Source: Nanobdellota archaeon
GTDB lineage: Archaea > Nanobdellota > Nanobdellia > SCGC-AAA011-G17 > JACPNG01
Assembly (NCBI GenBank): GCA_038046345.1
Contig: JBBSWJ010000015.1
Location: 1-12,885 of the forward strand
DNA length: 12,885 nt
Reading direction: 5' to 3'
Shown in pieces: positions 9,732 to 12,885 of this stretch. The position numbers were made by a program, and so were the translations under genes. A model generated the notes under the pieces. It made no database searches and was not told the origin of the DNA. It worked only from the letters and a program-made list of their open reading frames with translations. Numbering within the stretch: the stretch's first letter is position 1; each line of letters begins with the position of its first letter.

Positions 9732-10343
9732 TCAGCCCTTTTCAGCCACAAACAGCCTAAAAACATCAAATAACGCAAGGTTTTGATCTTTTATAATTTT
9801 CAGATTAGCATCAATTATATTTTGTTTAGTATTTCTGTTGATATTCGCCCCAGTAAAAAATTTTGTTATTGGGTTATTTAGATGCTCTACCAAGGCAATT
9901 ACTTTATTCTTGCTTAACACATGTTCAATCATGATTAATTTCCCAGTTGGTTTTAAAACCCTCCTTATTTCTTTTAAACCATTTACTGGATTAGGAACAG
10001 AACAAAAAACGCAGCTCGTTATGACATAATCAAATGAATTATCCTTAAAATTAATATTTTCAACATCCATCTGCTTTAGAGTGATATTTTTCTTGCCAGA
10101 TTTAATTAACTTTTCTCTGGCTTCTTCTAACATCTTTTCAGAAAAATCAATACCAACAACTCTTGCATTGTTATTATAATACTCAATATTTTTTCCAGTG
10201 CCTATTCCCACTTCAAGGATCTTTCCTTTTAACGGAGCAAAAAACTTTTTTCTCCATTTGATAAACCATAACTTTTCAGCAATTAGACTGTGTAAATCAT
10301 AAAATCTTGCAGTACAGTTATACTTTTCTTTAGAAGTGCTCAT
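9732..10343 (-). CDS. Class I SAM-dependent methyltransferase (Methyltransf_11/UbiE-like fold), substrate unknown
   Basis: Motif I ILEVGIGTG, VVGIDFSEKML, MDVENINFKDNSFDYV, VFCSV, EIRRVLKPTG. ATGA overlap with the upstream gene. Confidence 0.9.
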   Translation of the reverse strand: MSTSKEKYNCTARFYDLHSLIAEKLWFIKWRKKFFAPLKGKILEVGIGTGKNIEYYNNNARVVGIDFSEKMLEEAREKLIKSGKKNITLKQMDVENINFKDNSFDYVITSCVFCSVPNPVNGLKEIRRVLKPTGKLIMIEHVLSKNKVIALVEHLNNPITKFFTGANINRNTKQNIIDANLKIIKDQNLALFDVFRLFVAEKG

Positions 10344-10612
10344 TTCAAAAGCTCTTTTTTTATTTTCTCATACTGCTTTTGAGATATTTCACCAGAAGCA
10401 TACCTTTTTTTGAGTATGGCTGACGGATCTTCTTCTTTCTTGCCTAAATTGGTTAAATTGATAAGAGTGATAACTATCCATATTAAAACCCCAAAAAAAA
10501 GCAGCATCCAAAAAATATTCCAATAACCATAACCAGCCGGATAACCCAGCATCATATCCATCATGCCCATAGAGTTTATAATCTCATAACCAATATAAAT
10601 GTTCCCATACAT
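10340..10612 (-). CDS. Small membrane protein with one TM helix and a C-terminal SHOCT domain; start uncertain (10612 or 10570)
   Basis: Met/Gly/Tyr-rich N-terminus, hydrophobic IFWMLLFFGVLIWIVITLI, SHOCT-like ILKKRYASGEISQKQYEKIKKEL. Confidence 0.8.
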   Translation of the reverse strand: MYGNIYIGYEIINSMGMMDMMLGYPAGYGYWNIFWMLLFFGVLIWIVITLINLTNLGKKEEDPSAILKKRYASGEISQKQYEKIKKELLK

Positions 10613-10627
10613 CGGAGATACTCGAAC

Positions 10628-10655
10628 AAGCCAAAATATTTATAAATATTGGCTT
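10628..10655. promoter_or_regulatory. Palindromic divergent promoter with a symmetric TATA box (TTTATAAA, 10639-10646)
   Basis: Perfect 16-bp palindrome AATATTTATAAATATT (10635-10650) with AAGCC/GGCTT flanks. ATG 10670 (+) lies 31 nt and ATG 10612 (-) 34 nt from the box start. Confidence 0.65.
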
Positions 10656-10669
10656 AATAATATTTAATT

Positions 10670-10996
10670 ATGGTAGACAAGCACAAACTTCAATATTGGG
10701 ATCATAGAAATAAAGTACTCTCAATAAACTGGGCACACAGCAGAGATTATGTCGCTGGGGATTGCCGAGTTAGAGCTATTCCGGGGGATATGAATGTAGA
10801 TGACCATAATAGAATACAATTCCAGAGACAAACTTATTCTGCTCCTATGACTCTTGAAGAAGCAAGAGAATATATAGCACAGAATTCTGAGATGTTAGGC
10901 AAAGTTCATGATTGTGTTGGTTTAACTCTAGAAGATGTTTGCATAGTAGCAGACTTTACTAAACCAATTGAAGTTAGAAATATTGGAGAGAGATAA
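10670..10996 (+). CDS. Hypothetical protein, 108 aa, no family recognised
   Basis: Open frame with protein-like composition; ATG at leaderless spacing from a TATA box; followed by a hairpin. Confidence 0.7.
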   Translation: MVDKHKLQYWDHRNKVLSINWAHSRDYVAGDCRVRAIPGDMNVDDHNRIQFQRQTYSAPMTLEEAREYIAQNSEMLGKVHDCVGLTLEDVCIVADFTKPIEVRNIGER

Positions 10997-11009
10997 ACCT
11001 TTCGGTTTT
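10995..11009 (+). terminator. Possible terminator hairpin AAACC-TTTC-GGTTT followed by T-rich sequence
   Basis: 5-bp stem with a 4-nt loop starting inside the stop codon of the 108-aa ORF. Confidence 0.3.
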
Positions 11010-11068
11010 CTATATATTTTCGAGCAACGCCATTGTGAGTCTATTGTCCTAGCCCGCCCGCTTATTGA

Positions 11069-11153
11069 AACTAACGTATGCGATTATCTGAAGTTTCACG
11101 AAGTGAAATTTGGGGATTTTTCGCAGGAAAATTCCAGATAATCGCTGTTAGGC
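11069..11153. mobile_element. Integron attC-like recombination site (AACTAAC ... GTTAGGC) with a three-way-junction fold
   Basis: CTAAC(11071-75)/GTTAG(11147-51); perfect 11-bp stem GCGATTATCTG(11080-90)/CAGATAATCGC(11135-45); two inner hairpins with GAA and GCA triloops. GTTAGGC matches the GTTRRRY core. Spacer lengths are non-canonical. Confidence 0.65.
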
Positions 11154-11231
11154 GTCCCGAACGAAGTGAGAGCCTGCAAGGCGTGGTCGGAGCAATTTTG
11201 AAAAAATTGCGGAGAAGTCGGTTTCGGGCGC
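11146..11231. repeat. Left inverted-repeat arm of the purB unit (TGTTAGGCGT ... TCGGTTTCGGGCGC) with internal GNA-triloop hairpins
   Basis: 11146-11155 is the exact reverse complement of 12681-12690. 11218-11231 is the exact reverse complement of 12665-12678. Confidence 0.85.
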
Positions 11232-11238
11232 GGAACAT

Positions 11239-11251
11239 AAATATTTATAAA
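11239..11251 (+). promoter_or_regulatory. purB promoter (AAATA-TTTATAAA), leaderless transcript predicted
   Basis: TTTATAAA at 11244-11251 starts 30 nt before ATG 11274. The same 13-mer AAATATTTATAAA occurs at 10634-10646. No SD motif. Confidence 0.7.
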
Positions 11252-11273
11252 ATTAAGAGCAATTCCTGTTTAT

Positions 11274-12665
11274 ATGGATAAATTAGAAGCAATTAGTCCG
11301 ATTGATGGGAGATATAGAAGACATACAGAACCATTAGCAGATATTTTTAGCGAAAAAAGTTTAATTAGATATAGAATAAAAGTTGAGGTGGAGTATTTGT
11401 TATTTCTATCTGAACATCCTCAAATTGGAACTAGAAAATTTTCTGGTGAGGAGAAAGATTTAATCAGAAGATTATCTGATGTTTCCACAGAAGATGCTGA
11501 CGTTGTTAAAGCAATTGAAGTTAATGGTTATGGAAATATTAAAGCAACAAACCATGATGTTAAAGCAGTAGAACATTTTATGAAAGAGAAATTAAGAGGA
11601 ACTTCGCTTGAAGATTCATTAGAATGGATTCACTTTGCTTTAACTTCTGAAGATGTCAATAATCTTACTTATGGCTTAATGCTTTCTGACGGCGTTGAAA
11701 AAGTAGTCTTGCCGAGTATTGAAGAATTATATGAAACAATTGAAGGATTGGCTCAACAATATAAAGATGTTCCAATGCTGGCAAGAACTCATGGACAACC
11801 AGCATCACCAACAACTTTCGGAAAAGAGTTTAAGGTTTTTGCTTCAAGACTGAGACGACAGTTAGATCAATTAGGAACTTATGAAATTCTTGTTAAGTTA
11901 AATGGAGCTACCGGAAATTATAATGCCCATCAAATTGCTTATTCTGAAGTAGATTGGGTAAGGTTTACGAGAGATTTTGTTGAAAGACTTAATGATGGAA
12001 GAAAAATGCGACTAAAGCCTAATTTAGTAACAACACAAATAGAGTCTCATGATACTTATGCAGAATTATTCGACAATTTACGGAGATTAAATACTATCCT
12101 TATTAGCTTTGACCAAGATATGTGGAGATATGTTAGCGATGATTGGATCAAGCAAAAACCTGTTGAAGGGGAAGTTGGTTCTTCAACAATGCCGCATAAG
12201 GTAAACCCAATAGATTTTGAGAATAGTGAAGGGAATTTAGGACTGGCAAATGCTCTATTTGGCCATTTTGCAACAAAATTGCCAATATCGAGACTCCAGA
12301 GAGATTTATCTGATTCTACGGTTGAAAGAAATTTTGGTGTGGCTTTAGGACACAGCATTATCGGATATAAATCTGCACAAAAAGGATTAAGCAAAATCGC
12401 TGTAAATGAGCAGAAAGTTGTTGAGGAATTGGAAAATCATCCAGAAGTAATATCCGAAGCAATTCAGACAGTTCTCAGAAGAGAAGGAGCAGTAATGCCC
12501 TATGAACAATTAAAAGAATTAACCAGAGGAAGAAAGCCAACAATGGATGATCTCAGAACATTTATTGATGAATTGGATGTTTCCGATACAGTTAAAGAAG
12601 AATTAAGGCAGATCTCTCCAACAAACTATACAGGAATTGCTCGTCTTCTAGTAGAAACTCAATAG
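11274..12665 (+). CDS. purB: Adenylosuccinate lyase, E. coli/proteobacterial-type subfamily
   Basis: AISPIDGRY, TNHDVKAVE, IHFALTSED, MLARTHGQPASPTT, signature SSTMPHKVNPIDFENSEGN, SRLQRDLSDSTV, PYEQLKELTRG. Confidence 0.97.
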   Translation: MDKLEAISPIDGRYRRHTEPLADIFSEKSLIRYRIKVEVEYLLFLSEHPQIGTRKFSGEEKDLIRRLSDVSTEDADVVKAIEVNGYGNIKATNHDVKAVEHFMKEKLRGTSLEDSLEWIHFALTSEDVNNLTYGLMLSDGVEKVVLPSIEELYETIEGLAQQYKDVPMLARTHGQPASPTTFGKEFKVFASRLRRQLDQLGTYEILVKLNGATGNYNAHQIAYSEVDWVRFTRDFVERLNDGRKMRLKPNLVTTQIESHDTYAELFDNLRRLNTILISFDQDMWRYVSDDWIKQKPVEGEVGSSTMPHKVNPIDFENSEGNLGLANALFGHFATKLPISRLQRDLSDSTVERNFGVALGHSIIGYKSAQKGLSKIAVNEQKVVEELENHPEVISEAIQTVLRREGAVMPYEQLKELTRGRKPTMDDLRTFIDELDVSDTVKEELRQISPTNYTGIARLLVETQ

Positions 12666-12690
12666 CGCCCGAAACCGATTACGCCTAACA
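12665..12690. repeat. Right inverted-repeat arm of the purB unit (GCGCCCGAAACCGA-TT-ACGCCTAACA)
   Basis: Starts on the last base of the purB TAG. Exact reverse complement of two blocks of the left arm, without the roughly 60 nt that separates them there. Confidence 0.85.
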
Positions 12691-12747
12691 ACTATTAAAC
12701 GAATATTTATCTCGCTTAATATCAATATTTGGGATAAAAAGCGAGAT
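12683..12747 (+). mobile_element. Second, degenerate or truncated attC-like site
   Basis: GCCTAAC fits RYYYAAC. ATTAAACG(12694-701)/CGCTTAAT(12713-20) pair 7 of 8. Alternative stem ATCTCGCTT(12709-17)/AAGCGAGAT(12739-47). No intact GTTRRRY right end. Confidence 0.45.
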
Positions 12748-12836
12748 TTTGTAAACTTGTCCTGAGTAATAAATTATATGGCAGAAGATAGCAGAGGTTA
12801 TTTATTTGAAGAGGGGCATAAACTTATTGATGTGTA

Positions 12837-12860
12837 ATCAGGTGACATATGTCACCAGAT
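12837..12860. repeat. Palindrome GGTGACATATGTCACC (perfect 16 bp, 12841-12856) with imperfect extension
   Basis: Self-complementary 16-mer; ATC/GAT pair beyond an A-A mismatch. It also contains GGTGA and an ATG at 12849 whose frame runs off the window. Confidence 0.6.
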
Positions 12861-12885
12861 AATATTCCTTGCAAGATCATGAAAT

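Noticed and set aside
9838-10029. 63-aa plus-strand ORF
   Set aside because: Antisense shadow of the methyltransferase.
11069-11233. Purine riboswitch or leader RNA controlling purB
   Set aside because: The structure lies upstream of the purB TATA box, whose spacing predicts a leaderless mRNA; no purine, ZTP or PRPP aptamer consensus recognised; GNA triloops and TAAC/GTTA ends fit ssDNA sites better.
11078-11281. 67-aa ORF before purB
   Set aside because: Runs through the palindromic elements and the purB promoter; Arg/Ser-rich composition reflects GC-rich repeats.
12056-12394. 112-aa minus-strand ORF
   Set aside because: Antisense shadow of purB.

Overview
AT-rich archaeal chromosome segment, most likely DPANN (Woesearchaeota/Pacearchaeota-like; inferred from the split rpoB/rpoA genes, TATA promoters and divergent RNAP motifs). 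The left three quarters is one minus-strand run: a two-intron tRNA-Lys(UUU), rpoH-rpoB''-rpoB'-rpoA'-rpoA'', then a bacterial-type long RelA/SpoT homologue (HD, synthetase, TGS, Zn-finger, ACT) with intact catalytic motifs. A 21-codon Lys-rich ORF ending in CxxC, absent from the ORF track, converges on the RSH stop. The right quarter is accessory: a SHOCT membrane protein plus SAM methyltransferase (minus strand), a divergent 108-aa ORFan, and an E. coli-type purB with its own TATA promoter. purB is bracketed by inverted repeats and integron attC-like sites (GTTAGGC ... GCCTAAC), with no integrase in the window. Main leads: (1) a candidate archaeal (p)ppGpp stringent-response locus attached to the RNAP operon; (2) an attC-type purB cassette whose ends suggest how it was assembled; (3) a tRNA whose two intron BHB motifs overlap, implying ordered splicing. 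All calls come from reading motifs by eye; no searches or folding programs were run.
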